Source: an uncultured bacterium (GTDB taxonomy: Bacteria > Fidelibacterota > Marinisomatia > SCGC-AAA003-L08 > JACNLC01). From it: DNA of 64,000 bases. Positions 1-9,495 of this stretch are shown piece by piece. The notes beneath the pieces were generated by a model. The model did no database searches. It was not told where the DNA came from and saw only the letters and a program-made list of their open reading frames with translations. Within the stretch, counting starts at the first letter, position 1. Each line of letters begins with the position of its first letter. A program made the position numbers and the translations under genes. The stretch spans positions 1,025 through 65,024 of the forward strand of contig CAZGNZ010000012.1 in assembly GCA_964527215.1 (NCBI GenBank), in the 5' to 3' direction.

Positions 1-987
1 GGAAATGTTGCCGTCGCGTACTTTGTTCAACGAGATTTGCTTGATGAATCCGTTGGAGGTATTTCCACACTTTGGGAATTACAGGACGTGAAACACATCA
101 TCAAACGACAAAACGCCACAGGGTACTGGAAGTCGAAATCTGCCAATAAGAAGAAACACCCCGCCCAAAACTATGATCTGTTAGAAACGTATCGACAGAC
201 CAATATTTTGGTAAATATGTATGGTCTGACTCGAGAACATCCCAGCATGGAAAAAGCCGCCGAATACCTATTTTCATGTCAGACCGAAGAGGGGGATATT
301 CGTGGTATTATCGGTGAGCAATTTGCCCCGTATTATAATGGGATCATTGCATCTAACCTCAATCGGGCTGGATATGCTGACGATCCTCGAGTGGAGCGCA
401 TCATGCGGTGGCTGCTGACAATGCGACAGCATGATGGGGGCTGGGTAATAGGAAGTCCCGGTTGCTTGGGCCGCTATTCACACGAAGAACGTGATGCCCT
501 CACCACCCAGTTTGTCGGTACTAAACGGGATTTCGATCGTGACCAACCCTGTGGACATGCTGGGACCGGGATGGTGCTTCGAGCGTTTGCCACCCATCCT
601 GTGTATTGCCGCTCCAACGAAGCGACACGAGCGGCGGTCCTGTTAGCCAATGCCCTCTTCGAAAAAAACACGCATAGTTCCTATAAACATCCTGACAACT
701 GGGTGCGCTTCCAGTATCCCACTTGGTGGACCGATCTCATTTCCGCCCTTGATTCGGTCGCGCTTATTGGACTCCCCCCAGACCATCCCAAAATTGCTCA
801 GGCCCTGAGATGGTGCATTGAACACCAACTGCCAACGGGATTGTGGAAACACTCCTACTCGAACATTCATCGAACCATTGAAAACGAGAAAACGCGTGAA
901 CTGAAGTTGTGGATCAGTCTTGCCATATTGCGTCTGTTCAAAACCTTTGGATCAACCAATGTTGCACGCCAGAGCATGTGGTCATGA
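1..987 (+). CDS. alpha/alpha-toroid (prenyltransferase / squalene-cyclase-like repeat) protein, 5' end outside the window
   Basis: Frame 1 is open from nt 1 (GNVAVAYFVQRDLLDES...), so the listed TTG at 37 is probably not the start. Repeats of the QxxDGGW type are present (RQHDGGW, RQNATGYW, HQLPTGLW, CQTEEGDIRG). The protein is collinear with the ORF at 55621-56571. Confidence 0.6.
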   Translation, partial: GNVAVAYFVQRDLLDESVGGISTLWELQDVKHIIKRQNATGYWKSKSANKKKHPAQNYDLLETYRQTNILVNMYGLTREHPSMEKAAEYLFSCQTEEGDIRGIIGEQFAPYYNGIIASNLNRAGYADDPRVERIMRWLLTMRQHDGGWVIGSPGCLGRYSHEERDALTTQFVGTKRDFDRDQPCGHAGTGMVLRAFATHPVYCRSNEATRAAVLLANALFEKNTHSSYKHPDNWVRFQYPTWWTDLISALDSVALIGLPPDHPKIAQALRWCIEHQLPTGLWKHSYSNIHRTIENEKTRELKLWISLAILRLFKTFGSTNVARQSMWS

Positions 988-1930
988 CATCGATGAGTCA
1001 ATGACCCCGAAAAACTATCATCGTTGGTGTCCAGGAAACCCCTCTGAATGCAGGGCGGGGGGGTATTCAGATATTAGTCCGGATATTTAATGATATTGAT
1101 GCTCAGTTAACCCTGCAACCCGTTACTCTGACTAATTTGGAAATTTAAAATTACTCTGATTTTATTGATCAACCTGATCTTGAGTTTCGATTAACATTAA
1201 TTCAATATCAGTGACGAGTGTCGGTGTCGATTAAATTACACATACAATCGATGATATCATCTCTGTAACTCGATAGGCGGCAGTCGAGTCATCAGATCAT
1301 GTAAAATATGCAGAGAAGCTGCAGTCGGAAATCAGTATGCTTAATGGTCTTATTGGGAAGTTTATTGTTTAAATTGCGGCTCTGAAAAAAATCCACGAAT
1401 TTATCCTGTAACTTCAGTGAAAAATTGCAGAATGAGAAACAGTCCAAGACACAAACCCTTCCAGGCTGGATGGTCGGATTTCAGCAATTCTTGCAATATT
1501 GAGGTCATTTACAACAAAGTCCGAAAATCCACCGTGCTGGGTGTCATTCGCCAACACATGTTACGCAGTGGATTTTCAATAACAACCCCGTATTCCTTAT
1601 CATCGAGTCAAAAAAAAATAGTTGCGGGATCAGAAAGATCCGTTCTCCCATCTGGTGAGGTGCTTTTTATTTTACCCAGTCATTAATTGTTTTTGACGGA
1701 TGTGGTTATGCGGTGAAAATACTAGTTGTTTCAGGTAATATTTATCGCGTAAAGTTACTGCTCCGCTATCGGTCTGTAAAGGCCGCAAAGAGGCATTTGA
1801 TTTTTGATATTGATTATTCGCGGAAGGTTCTCAGGATAGATTCCTGATGACCTGCCAGGTCCCAAAAAGATTAAAAAGTTGCGCTGTTTGGGCTGTTTTT
1901 TGAAACTCAAATAAACCTCTATGGTTGGAA

Positions 1931-2003
1931 GCGCCATTAGCTCAGTTGGTAGAGCAGTGGACTCTTAATCCATTGGTCCGGGGTTCGAGCCCCTGATGGC
2001 GCA
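1931..2003 (+). tRNA. tRNA-Lys (anticodon CTT)
   Basis: Manual cloverleaf: acceptor GCGCCAT/ATGGCGC, D arm GCTC-AGTTGGTA-GAGC, anticodon stem GTGGA/TCCAT with loop CTCTTAA, T arm CGGGG-TTCGAGC-CCCTG, discriminator A. No encoded CCA. Confidence 0.9.
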
Positions 2004-2018
2004 CAGAAGGTTTTTGAT

Positions 2019-2091
2019 GACTCCGTAGCTCAGTCGGTAGAGCAGTGGCCTTTTAAGCCATTGGCCGTGCGTTCAAATCGCACCGGAGTCA
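2019..2091 (+). tRNA. tRNA-Lys (anticodon TTT)
   Basis: Manual cloverleaf: acceptor GACTCCG/CGGAGTC, D arm GCTC-AGTCGGTA-GAGC, anticodon stem GTGGC/GCCAT with loop CTTTTAA, T arm GTGCG-TTCAAAT-CGCAC. Confidence 0.9.
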
Positions 2092-2098
2092 CAGAAAA

Positions 2099-2136
2099 AT
2101 CCCCGCTGAAGAATGATTCGGCGGGGATTCTTGTTT
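2099..2136 (+). terminator. rho-independent terminator after the tRNA-Lys pair
   Basis: Stem ATCCCCGC (2099-2106) pairs with GCGGGGAT (2121-2128) and is followed by TCTTGTTT. Confidence 0.7.
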
Positions 2137-2204
2137 AATGCAGGATTGTGTCTGGGTTATTCAGCGATTGAAATCCAACTCCGTCCAGACTGAGTCGGCG
2201 ATTG

Positions 2205-5200
2205 CTAAAACGGATTAATCAGTGAGAACCGGACATACTGCACCGGATCCGTATCATTATTATCCCATTCCTTGATTTCCTTGGCTTCACCTATCCCAAT
2301 ATAAAAGAGGGGCGAACCGCCTATCTGCAGCGCCACCCGTGCTTCATAACCGGCAGTGGTAATGAAGTCGTCACTGATGCTGTCGGAAAGCGGATCGAGA
2401 TTGTCTGAATCCAACTGTGACGAAAATTCACTCAGCTGACTGTCCGATGACCAGGAGTTGCCGAAATCTGAGAAAAGCACAGCGCTGATTCCGCCAATGG
2501 AGATACCCAGAATGTCAACCGGGAAACTGTCCAGCAGGGGGTACCGGAATTCAGCCGATCCGAATACCAGCCGATCTCCGAGACGATATTTGTCGTATCC
2601 GCGGATGTTGTGGTTTTCCGGCAGGCCAAAAGTGCCTGCACTGCCGGGGCCGTATATGGCAATATCATTGCTGATACCCAGATATTCCTGATTCGGAATT
2701 CTGTCACCATCCAGGGCAAGCCCCTTAAGCCGAATGAATCCGGCAGGTTTCCCTAAGCCGATATTGATAAAGGAATCAAAGGTATACTTCTGATAAGTGA
2801 AATCACCAAACACCGATTCATCAGAAAACTCACCTGTGAACCGCAGTCCGAATCCGTTGCCCGGCAGGGAATTATTCAAGCGGTGGGGACGCCGGCTGAC
2901 CCAGGTGTACTGCACAAAAAATTTGCCCTCATCCCCTTCTTCGGGGGGAAGCAGCACATCATACTCGTGGTCAATAAATTCATCACCTTCATAATCATCC
3001 AGACCTTCAAATTCCCGTTTATGTCCGCCAAATCCAAGATTCAGGCTTCGGGCGGAACTCATGTGCTCGCCGGAGTACATGGGTATGCTGCACCAGATAT
3101 TGCCGCCATTAAAAACTTCCCATAATCCGCTGTCGCTGTCATCGTAGAACCGGAATGTCCAATTGACATTATGATAGTAGTTGATTCCCCAGAGCGGTCC
3201 ATGCTCGGCATTGGTGTAGGATAACAGATAAAACGGAGTTTCAAAATCCCAGGTCGTTCCGCCAACGAACTGAAAAACGTGCTTTCCCAGCGCATCTGTC
3301 CAGGCAGTCATACCGAACAGGACATCCAGCGGAAGGATAAACGATGTCATGTGTTTGGGATATTTATAGAACCGGTATTTCTCAGGTGCGCTGGCAGACA
3401 CCATCTTGATATCCTTCAGTGCCGGCAGTGGGTCGTCTGGCCGTTTAATTTTCCAGGAAGTGTAGGAATCCCGAAGATTCAGGGGAGCGGTCGTGGTTTT
3501 CCGATCTGGATCCACATAAACAATCCGGACCGAATCCACGTCCTGCAGTGTGGATGCAATAATGGTTTCCCCGTTCGGTGTCCACTGCGCGCTCCAGACT
3601 GCATCACCGACATCCGTAATCTGTTCGGAATGGCCCGTGGCGAGATCAACGGTATGCAGGTTGGGAGTCAAGCCCTTGTGGGAAGTATAGGTGATCCGGG
3701 ACCCGTCGGGATGCCACACCGGGAGGTAGTCCACTTCCGGATTCTTGGTCAGCCGGGTCATTTCGCTGGTGGCGAGATTCAGGACCGTAATATCCGTATT
3801 CCCGTCACTTGCGGCCAGACCGAACGCAATAGACTGACCGTCAGGCGACCACATGGGTGTCAGAATTTGAACATCATCCTCAAATTTGGTCAGCTGCGTC
3901 AGGTTGGTTCCATTGGGAGTGATGCTGAACAGATTCGATGTGCTGTTCCGGTGGGCGACAAATACAATGGACTGACCGTCAGGCGACCAGATGGGATAGG
4001 TCGCACGCTGGTTTTGGGTGAGCCATCTTGACCGCCCGGTCTCAGTATCCATAATTTTGATATCAAAAAGAATTGAGCCGTGATCACCCCGGTGCGATTT
4101 CGCGTAAACCAGCTGACTGCCGTCAGGAGACCAGTTCAACGCACTGTGAAAAGAACCGTAATCCTGTTCCTCTTTTTCAAAGCGCAGCTTAGTCGGTTTA
4201 TCCTCGTTTTCTCCATTATCAGAGTTGTTTCTGAGACCCAGCTTCTCCAAAAGACCCGAGGAGTTATCATCCGAAACAGGTTCCAGCTCAGCAATAAAAA
4301 GTGACTGGTCAAACTGATCGTTGTCATCCTGTCCGACCATTGCCAGTTTCAGACTGTCCGGGGCGAATCTGAATCCGGATGTGTGAGATATCGGAAGCGA
4401 GGCCACGGATCCGATATCCTTGAAATTTTCTTTCTGGGCGCGGTAGCCGTAAAAACTGGTATTCATGGTTCGGCGCCATTCTTCGTTAAACTGGGAAACG
4501 CTTTGTCCGGTGTATTTCTTGAATGCTTTTTTGAAATCCGGAATTCCGGCCTTGTTTCGATACTGAAGAATATTCACGATGGTTGAGTCGCCGTATTTGT
4601 CGGCAAGCAGCAGAACCTTGCTGATCCCGTCGTGGTGAATATCCATCTCATCTAAACTGTTCTTGATTACATGGGTTTTGTGTGTCAGCTCGGACCGATA
4701 CGGCCGCCAGCGTTCCGTATAATATTCTGCCAAACCTTCCACCATCCAGCCCGGGACACCGCTGAACAGAAATCCAAATGGATTTGGAATCCAGGATTTG
4801 ATGGAATGGAAAAATACAATGTGCTGAAGTTCATGGGAGAGAACCTGGTACAGCCACTTCTCATCCTCCAGCCAGATGGCGGCATCATTCTGATCAACCC
4901 AGATAAAAGTTTGCGATGTCCACATCGCATAACCGTTCATGATTTCATCCTCGGCAGTAAAGACAACATCGATGACCGGAGTGGATTCGATTCCCATCTG
5001 CTTCAGCAGAACCGGGTAAACTGCCTCGGCAATGGATGCTCCTTTCTGGGCAATCTCCTCAATTCCGTTGTGATAATGGACGCGGTAATGTTCCGTTTTA
5101 ATGGTGAACCAGTCCAGTTCGGTGTGAACACTGCCTGTCCAAAGCCAGGGGCCCTGGCCGAGACAAAAACCGGTCAGCAGAAGCCCTAAAAACAGAACCT

Positions 5201-5219
5201 TGATCTGTGCAGCAGTCAT
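2205..5219 (-). CDS. secreted fusion protein: MA-clan zinc peptidase domain + PD40/TolB-like beta-propeller repeats + C-terminal Omp85/surface-antigen-like beta-barrel
   Basis: N-terminal signal peptide. Gluzincin signature SHELQHIVFFH...WMVEGLAEYY. Repeated WSPDGQSIVF / WSPDGSQLVY / WHPDGSRITY PD40 motifs. The C-terminal region is Gly/aromatic-rich with alternating beta strands (FGSAEFRYPL...) and ends in ...LINPF. Confidence 0.7.
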   Translation of the reverse strand: MTAAQIKVLFLGLLLTGFCLGQGPWLWTGSVHTELDWFTIKTEHYRVHYHNGIEEIAQKGASIAEAVYPVLLKQMGIESTPVIDVVFTAEDEIMNGYAMWTSQTFIWVDQNDAAIWLEDEKWLYQVLSHELQHIVFFHSIKSWIPNPFGFLFSGVPGWMVEGLAEYYTERWRPYRSELTHKTHVIKNSLDEMDIHHDGISKVLLLADKYGDSTIVNILQYRNKAGIPDFKKAFKKYTGQSVSQFNEEWRRTMNTSFYGYRAQKENFKDIGSVASLPISHTSGFRFAPDSLKLAMVGQDDNDQFDQSLFIAELEPVSDDNSSGLLEKLGLRNNSDNGENEDKPTKLRFEKEEQDYGSFHSALNWSPDGSQLVYAKSHRGDHGSILFDIKIMDTETGRSRWLTQNQRATYPIWSPDGQSIVFVAHRNSTSNLFSITPNGTNLTQLTKFEDDVQILTPMWSPDGQSIAFGLAASDGNTDITVLNLATSEMTRLTKNPEVDYLPVWHPDGSRITYTSHKGLTPNLHTVDLATGHSEQITDVGDAVWSAQWTPNGETIIASTLQDVDSVRIVYVDPDRKTTTAPLNLRDSYTSWKIKRPDDPLPALKDIKMVSASAPEKYRFYKYPKHMTSFILPLDVLFGMTAWTDALGKHVFQFVGGTTWDFETPFYLLSYTNAEHGPLWGINYYHNVNWTFRFYDDSDSGLWEVFNGGNIWCSIPMYSGEHMSSARSLNLGFGGHKREFEGLDDYEGDEFIDHEYDVLLPPEEGDEGKFFVQYTWVSRRPHRLNNSLPGNGFGLRFTGEFSDESVFGDFTYQKYTFDSFINIGLGKPAGFIRLKGLALDGDRIPNQEYLGISNDIAIYGPGSAGTFGLPENHNIRGYDKYRLGDRLVFGSAEFRYPLLDSFPVDILGISIGGISAVLFSDFGNSWSSDSQLSEFSSQLDSDNLDPLSDSISDDFITTAGYEARVALQIGGSPLFYIGIGEAKEIKEWDNNDTDPVQYVRFSLINPF

Positions 5220-5308
5220 TGTGAATTCCTCCTGAATTGTGCGTTAAATTCATAATTCGGATTTAAAATTCCCGAGCAGTCATAATAATCGTTTAAAAAA
5301 CATAAAAT

Positions 5309-5950
5309 TCAAATCCCGGTAAACCAGTTTTGGACCACCGGCGTGACCCCGTTAATAATGAACTGAACAGAGATAACAATGAGCAGCAGTCCCATAATGC
5401 GCTGAGTAATCCTCATTCCGGTTACGCCCATGAGGCGTGTCATGTATCTGGCGCTGTACAGTACAATGCACGTAACCGCCATGACGGCCGAGATAGCAAG
5501 ATAGATATTCATGGAATGGAAAAGGTTGTCACTTTCCGATGAAAGAATCATTACCGAAGTAATGGCACCGGGTCCGGCGATCAGAGGTACACCGATAGGC
5601 GTAATGGATACATCCTCCTTTGCCTGGGCTTCCGCTTCTTCCTGGGGGGTGGATTTCGTTCTGGGAACCTTGGAATCAAGCATCTGGATGCCAATCCGGA
5701 AGAAGAGTATCCCGCCTGCAATTCGAAATGCTTCAATGGTAATGCCGAAAAAGGCAAAGATCAGTTCGCCCATGACCGCGAATATCAACAGCGTTATCGT
5801 TGCGGTCAGGCTTGATTTCAACGCAATGCGGGATTGTTCAGCTCGGGGATAATCCTGAACCAGTGAAAGATACACCGGAGTCAGACCAACAGGATTTATC
5901 AGAGAAATCAATGTGGAAAACGCAAAGATGAAATGGGTGAAGGATTCCAT
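5309..5950 (-). CDS. marC: MarC family (UPF0056) integral membrane protein
   Basis: Multi-TM protein with a MarC-like N-terminus (MESFTHFIFAFSTLISLINPVGLTPVYL). I chose the internal ATG at 5950 because the longer ORF would overlap argS. The argS stop lies at 5952-5954. Confidence 0.7.
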   Translation of the reverse strand: MESFTHFIFAFSTLISLINPVGLTPVYLSLVQDYPRAEQSRIALKSSLTATITLLIFAVMGELIFAFFGITIEAFRIAGGILFFRIGIQMLDSKVPRTKSTPQEEAEAQAKEDVSITPIGVPLIAGPGAITSVMILSSESDNLFHSMNIYLAISAVMAVTCIVLYSARYMTRLMGVTGMRITQRIMGLLLIVISVQFIINGVTPVVQNWFTGI

Positions 5951-5951
5951 T

Positions 5952-7592
5952 CTACATGCGTTCTGGAGCCGTGATTCCCAGAACGTTGAGTCCGTTGCGC
6001 AAGGTAATCTGACACGCCTGAACCAAAACGAGTCTGGCAGATGTGAGTTCGGCATCATCGGAAATCACTCGGAAATGGGCATAGTACCGATGAAACTCAG
6101 CCGCTGTATCGTTCAGATAATTGATGATCTGCTGAGGTTCCAGAGTCTCCAGTGCTTTCTTGATAACATTTGGAAATTCTAGGAGTTTGCGCGTAAGGGA
6201 CAGTTCTTCCTCCAGTGTCAGCAGATTCAGATCGGCAGATTCATCCAGTTCGATTTCCAATGCTTCCGCCCGTTTCAGAATATTGCACAGCCTGGCATGG
6301 GCATACTGGAGATAATAAACCGGATTTTCATCGGATTGGTCCTTCGCCAGGTTCAAGTCGAAATTCAGATGTGAATTCATGCCGCGCATCAAGAAGAAAT
6401 ACCGGACAACATCTGCTCCAACCTCGTCTGTCAGTTCATCCAGCGTTACGAAATTGGCTTTGCGGGTGGACATTTTCACCTGTTCGCCGTTTTTAATGAT
6501 GGTCACAAACTGGTGAATGAGTACACGAACCTGTGATTCGTCATAGCCAAGAGTTTTGAGAACTGCCAGAATATCGGGAAACGTATCGATATGATCGGTT
6601 CCGAATACATCCACAATCAGATCAAATCCCCGGTCAAACTTGTTGACATGGTAGGCCATGTCGGGCAGCCTGTAGGTCGGTTCACCGGAACTTTTCACCA
6701 GCACCTTATCCGATTCTCGGCCAAGGCGGGTGGCTTTCAGCCATAGTGCGCCGTCCTTGCTGAATGTCAGCTGCTGTTCTTCCAGGCGCTCGAGAATGCG
6801 GTCGATTTCCTGGTTCTCGTACAGTTCATGCTCGTTGAAGAAGGTGTCGAATGTCAATCCCAACCGACCCAGAGCACGTTTGATATCGGTAAAAATGAAT
6901 GCTTCCGCGCTGTCCCTGAAAACCGGATCGTCCGGATGATCTGCTAATTCTGTATGATACTTTTCATAGACGGATTTGGCAATGTCGCGGATATAGTGGC
7001 CCTGGTATCCATCTTCCGGAAACTCGATGGATTTCCCACATAATTCGCAGTAACGGGCATACACGGACTGCGCAAGAAGCCGCATCTGCCTGCCGGCATT
7101 GTTAAAATAGTATTCCCGCTGGACTGTAAAGCCGTTCCATTCCAGGATATTGCTGATGGTATCTCCCAGCATCGCTCCTCTGCCGTGCCCGACAGTGAGG
7201 GGGCCGGTTGGGTTTGCACTGACAAATTCCACCAATGCCCGTTTGCCGTACCCGACTGAACTGCGACCGAATTTTTGATTGGCGGCAAGAATATAAGGCA
7301 GCTGTCCGGCAGTGATTCCCTGGTTGATTTTAAAATTGATGAATCCCGGAGGTGCTGTGTCCACCGACTTGAAGAAACCGTCGCTGTCCTGACGCAGGAG
7401 CGTTGAAACGATTGCGTCCGCAATGTCAAGCGGGGGACGTTTCAGCGTGCCGGTCAGCTTCATTGCCGTATTGGTTGCAAAATCTCCGTGCTCCGGATGC
7501 CTGGGCGCCTGAACCTGGATGTTTTCAGAGGGATACTCCAGTGATTTAAGCGCTTTTTCAATCCTTAAGATCAGCTGCTGCTTCATCATCAT
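5952..7592 (-). CDS. argS: arginine--tRNA ligase
   Basis: 546 aa. Class I motifs SANPTGPLTVGHGRG (HIGH-like) and KMSTRK (KMSKS-like). Typical ArgRS N-terminal and anticodon-binding regions. Confidence 0.92.
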   Translation of the reverse strand: MMMKQQLILRIEKALKSLEYPSENIQVQAPRHPEHGDFATNTAMKLTGTLKRPPLDIADAIVSTLLRQDSDGFFKSVDTAPPGFINFKINQGITAGQLPYILAANQKFGRSSVGYGKRALVEFVSANPTGPLTVGHGRGAMLGDTISNILEWNGFTVQREYYFNNAGRQMRLLAQSVYARYCELCGKSIEFPEDGYQGHYIRDIAKSVYEKYHTELADHPDDPVFRDSAEAFIFTDIKRALGRLGLTFDTFFNEHELYENQEIDRILERLEEQQLTFSKDGALWLKATRLGRESDKVLVKSSGEPTYRLPDMAYHVNKFDRGFDLIVDVFGTDHIDTFPDILAVLKTLGYDESQVRVLIHQFVTIIKNGEQVKMSTRKANFVTLDELTDEVGADVVRYFFLMRGMNSHLNFDLNLAKDQSDENPVYYLQYAHARLCNILKRAEALEIELDESADLNLLTLEEELSLTRKLLEFPNVIKKALETLEPQQIINYLNDTAAEFHRYYAHFRVISDDAELTSARLVLVQACQITLRNGLNVLGITAPERM

Positions 7593-8004
7593 CGTCTTTC
7601 ACTTCAATGGTTTCACCGTCCGCCCATAATCTCTCAAATCCGTAAAAACTTCTCATTTCAGTATGAAAAATGCAGGCAATAACATCGTAGTAATCCATCA
7701 GCACCCACTGCAGGTTCTGGTAGCCCTCAATGTGCGAAGGCCTGATGCCTTTTTTCCGAAGTACATCATCAATATGATCGGTAACGGCCTGGGTCTGCGG
7801 ATCAGATTCCGAGCTGCATAAGACAAAATAATCCGTGAAGGATGCTATTTCCGTCACGTTGATAATTTTAACGTTCAGCGCTTTTTTGTCCAGCATTAAT
7901 TCCGCAATATAATTTGCCAGATTCGCACCATCTGTATCATTTGAGGCTTCAGCCATGATCCCTGCCTTATGCAATTTTAGGAATTGAAGGGTGTCCGTCG
8001 TCAA
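7558..8004 (-). CDS. rsfS: ribosome silencing factor RsfS (iojap-like)
   Basis: FTDYFVLCSSESDPQTQAVTDHI...WVLMDYYDVIACIFHTEMRSFYGFERLW is a typical RsfS core. There is an acidic C-terminal tail. Confidence 0.88.
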   Translation of the reverse strand: MTTDTLQFLKLHKAGIMAEASNDTDGANLANYIAELMLDKKALNVKIINVTEIASFTDYFVLCSSESDPQTQAVTDHIDDVLRKKGIRPSHIEGYQNLQWVLMDYYDVIACIFHTEMRSFYGFERLWADGETIEVKDDDDEAAADLKD

Positions 8005-8368
8005 ATCGGGTGATTATGAATTTCCCCAATTGATTAATTTATCATGGCTCTTCCGTCAACGAAAACAAATTCCCAATGGATTTGTGAATGATTTGCCGGC
8101 CTCGTTCAACGGTTCTGAAAGAATGGTTGTGATCAGGAAAAGGGCGCAGATGTCTGTGCATTTCAGGGCTGTGCTGAATGAAGGAGAGACTGAGGTCACT
8201 GCATCCGTGGAATGCCTTGCACTGACATCCATCCAATGGCAATCGCTGATCGGGGATGTAAACGAGAGATTATAACAATAATACAGACAGAAATCGAAAA
8301 GACGGATTCAGATCCTGATCTGTCAAGCCGTCATGAAAATGGGATTCATCAGGGGGATGGTTAGCAGG

Positions 8369-8926
8369 TTAAAATGGATTGGACATCTGGTGGAGTTTTT
8401 GATAGGCCGGAATGCTTTCAAAGTCATTTCCGAGAATCACGGTAACATCCAGAAACAGGGTGGAGTCAAGACGGGTAATGACATTTTCCGGAGAGATTTC
8501 CAGAATTTTTGCCACCGCCTGGGCCCGTTCTTCGTTTCCCCGGCGCAAAACAACCAGCGTCCCGGAGTAGTCGTAATTATATGCATTGCCGGTTCGAATC
8601 ACATCTATTCCGGAATGCCTCAGATAATCGGCAAAATCACTGGCCAGCCCGCTTTCCCCGCAGCCGTTTAAAACTTCTGCAGTGAGCCGGTGACCGGTTT
8701 CCTGTTCATAATCTGACTGAATCAAAAGGGATGGAAGATCAGGCTTGATGCCGAATGGGAGGGATTTGTCCGAACTGTAATTGTTCACGATTGACCAGAT
8801 AAATCCGCTGACAATGACAACCAGCGCAACAATAGCAATATTTTGCCAGACATCCTGGAATCGAATTGGGCTGCCGGTTTTTTTTGTTGACCGCACATTG
8901 CGGCGTTTTTTGGGTTTACCGGCCAT
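8369..8926 (-). CDS. LytR_C domain-containing membrane-anchored protein
   Basis: Basic N-terminus plus one TM. C-terminal VLNGCGESGLASDFADYLRHSGIDV...GTLVVLRRGNEERAQAVAKIL matches the LytR C-terminal domain pattern. Confidence 0.7.
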   Translation of the reverse strand: MAGKPKKRRNVRSTKKTGSPIRFQDVWQNIAIVALVVIVSGFIWSIVNNYSSDKSLPFGIKPDLPSLLIQSDYEQETGHRLTAEVLNGCGESGLASDFADYLRHSGIDVIRTGNAYNYDYSGTLVVLRRGNEERAQAVAKILEISPENVITRLDSTLFLDVTVILGNDFESIPAYQKLHQMSNPF

Positions 8927-9377
8927 AATACCACAAATTGGGCGTCAGGTAGGGATTGGAGTACCGGGCAAAACGAAACTGGAAAAATGTATTTTCAGTC
9001 GGCTTGTAATTCAGGGCGACATCATAATTAACATCGAATTCGGGTTGAGAATATAAACCGGAAGAATACAGCGGCTGGATGAAATGAAGATCAGCATTGA
9101 CCCAGAGCTGATCGTTGATCTGGTACTTAAGGAAATTGGAATAAAACCCCACAGAACTGGAATACCCGTTTCCGCTGCTGGCAACAAAACTTACGGACTG
9201 ACTCATATCCAGACGGTTGGGATTGAGGAGCGACTGGGTGAAACCGGTGCTTGGCGTCAATCCCCCCGAGGAGGTGTTGTCACTGAATCCCTGTGCAAAT
9301 GTCAGGTTGACCAGAAGAATTATAACAATAGGACCAAACCGGTATATCAATCTGTGTGGGTTCATTGTATTCCTCAA
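8916..9377 (-). CDS. small secreted / outer-membrane beta-strand protein, function unknown
   Basis: Signal peptide (IVIILLVNLTFAQG). Ser/Tyr/Asn-rich alternating beta-strand pattern. Overlaps the downstream gene start by 11 nt. Confidence 0.5.
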   Translation of the reverse strand: MRNTMNPHRLIYRFGPIVIILLVNLTFAQGFSDNTSSGGLTPSTGFTQSLLNPNRLDMSQSVSFVASSGNGYSSSVGFYSNFLKYQINDQLWVNADLHFIQPLYSSGLYSQPEFDVNYDVALNYKPTENTFFQFRFARYSNPYLTPNLWYYGR

Positions 9378-9495
9378 TTTTCCAATGCAATTCCAATGGT
9401 AAAATTCGATAAAATTTTTGGATTTTTCAACTGCATTTGATAATAATACATAATCGTATCAATTTGACAGTTTCAGTTGAACGAATATTCCCTGC

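Noticed and set aside
1417-1937. ORFs 1417-1686 (+) and 1755-1937 (-) in the AT-rich spacer before the tRNA-Lys genes
   Set aside because: They have no RBS and an odd composition, and the second runs into tRNA-Lys. The region looks non-coding or decayed. I could not recognise any ncRNA signature (RNase P, SRP, tmRNA, 6S).
3279-4031. 250-aa plus-strand ORF inside the peptidase-PD40-Omp85 gene; the same applies to 23962-24708 and 60091-60738
   Set aside because: These are shadow ORFs opposite long, motif-bearing genes. Their composition is typical of antisense frames.
7558-7592. 35-nt overlap between the rsfS 3' end and the argS start
   Set aside because: This is probably ordinary operon packing. 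The argS N-terminus has three consecutive ATGs, so the true overlap may be shorter. I do not consider it a recoding signal.
8005-8368. 364-nt gap between the LytR_C gene and rsfS, with a Cys/His-rich 66-aa minus-strand ORF (8042-8242)
   Set aside because: No RBS or recognisable domain. It could be a relic of the nadD/yqeK genes that often precede rsfS, but I could not support that from the sequence.
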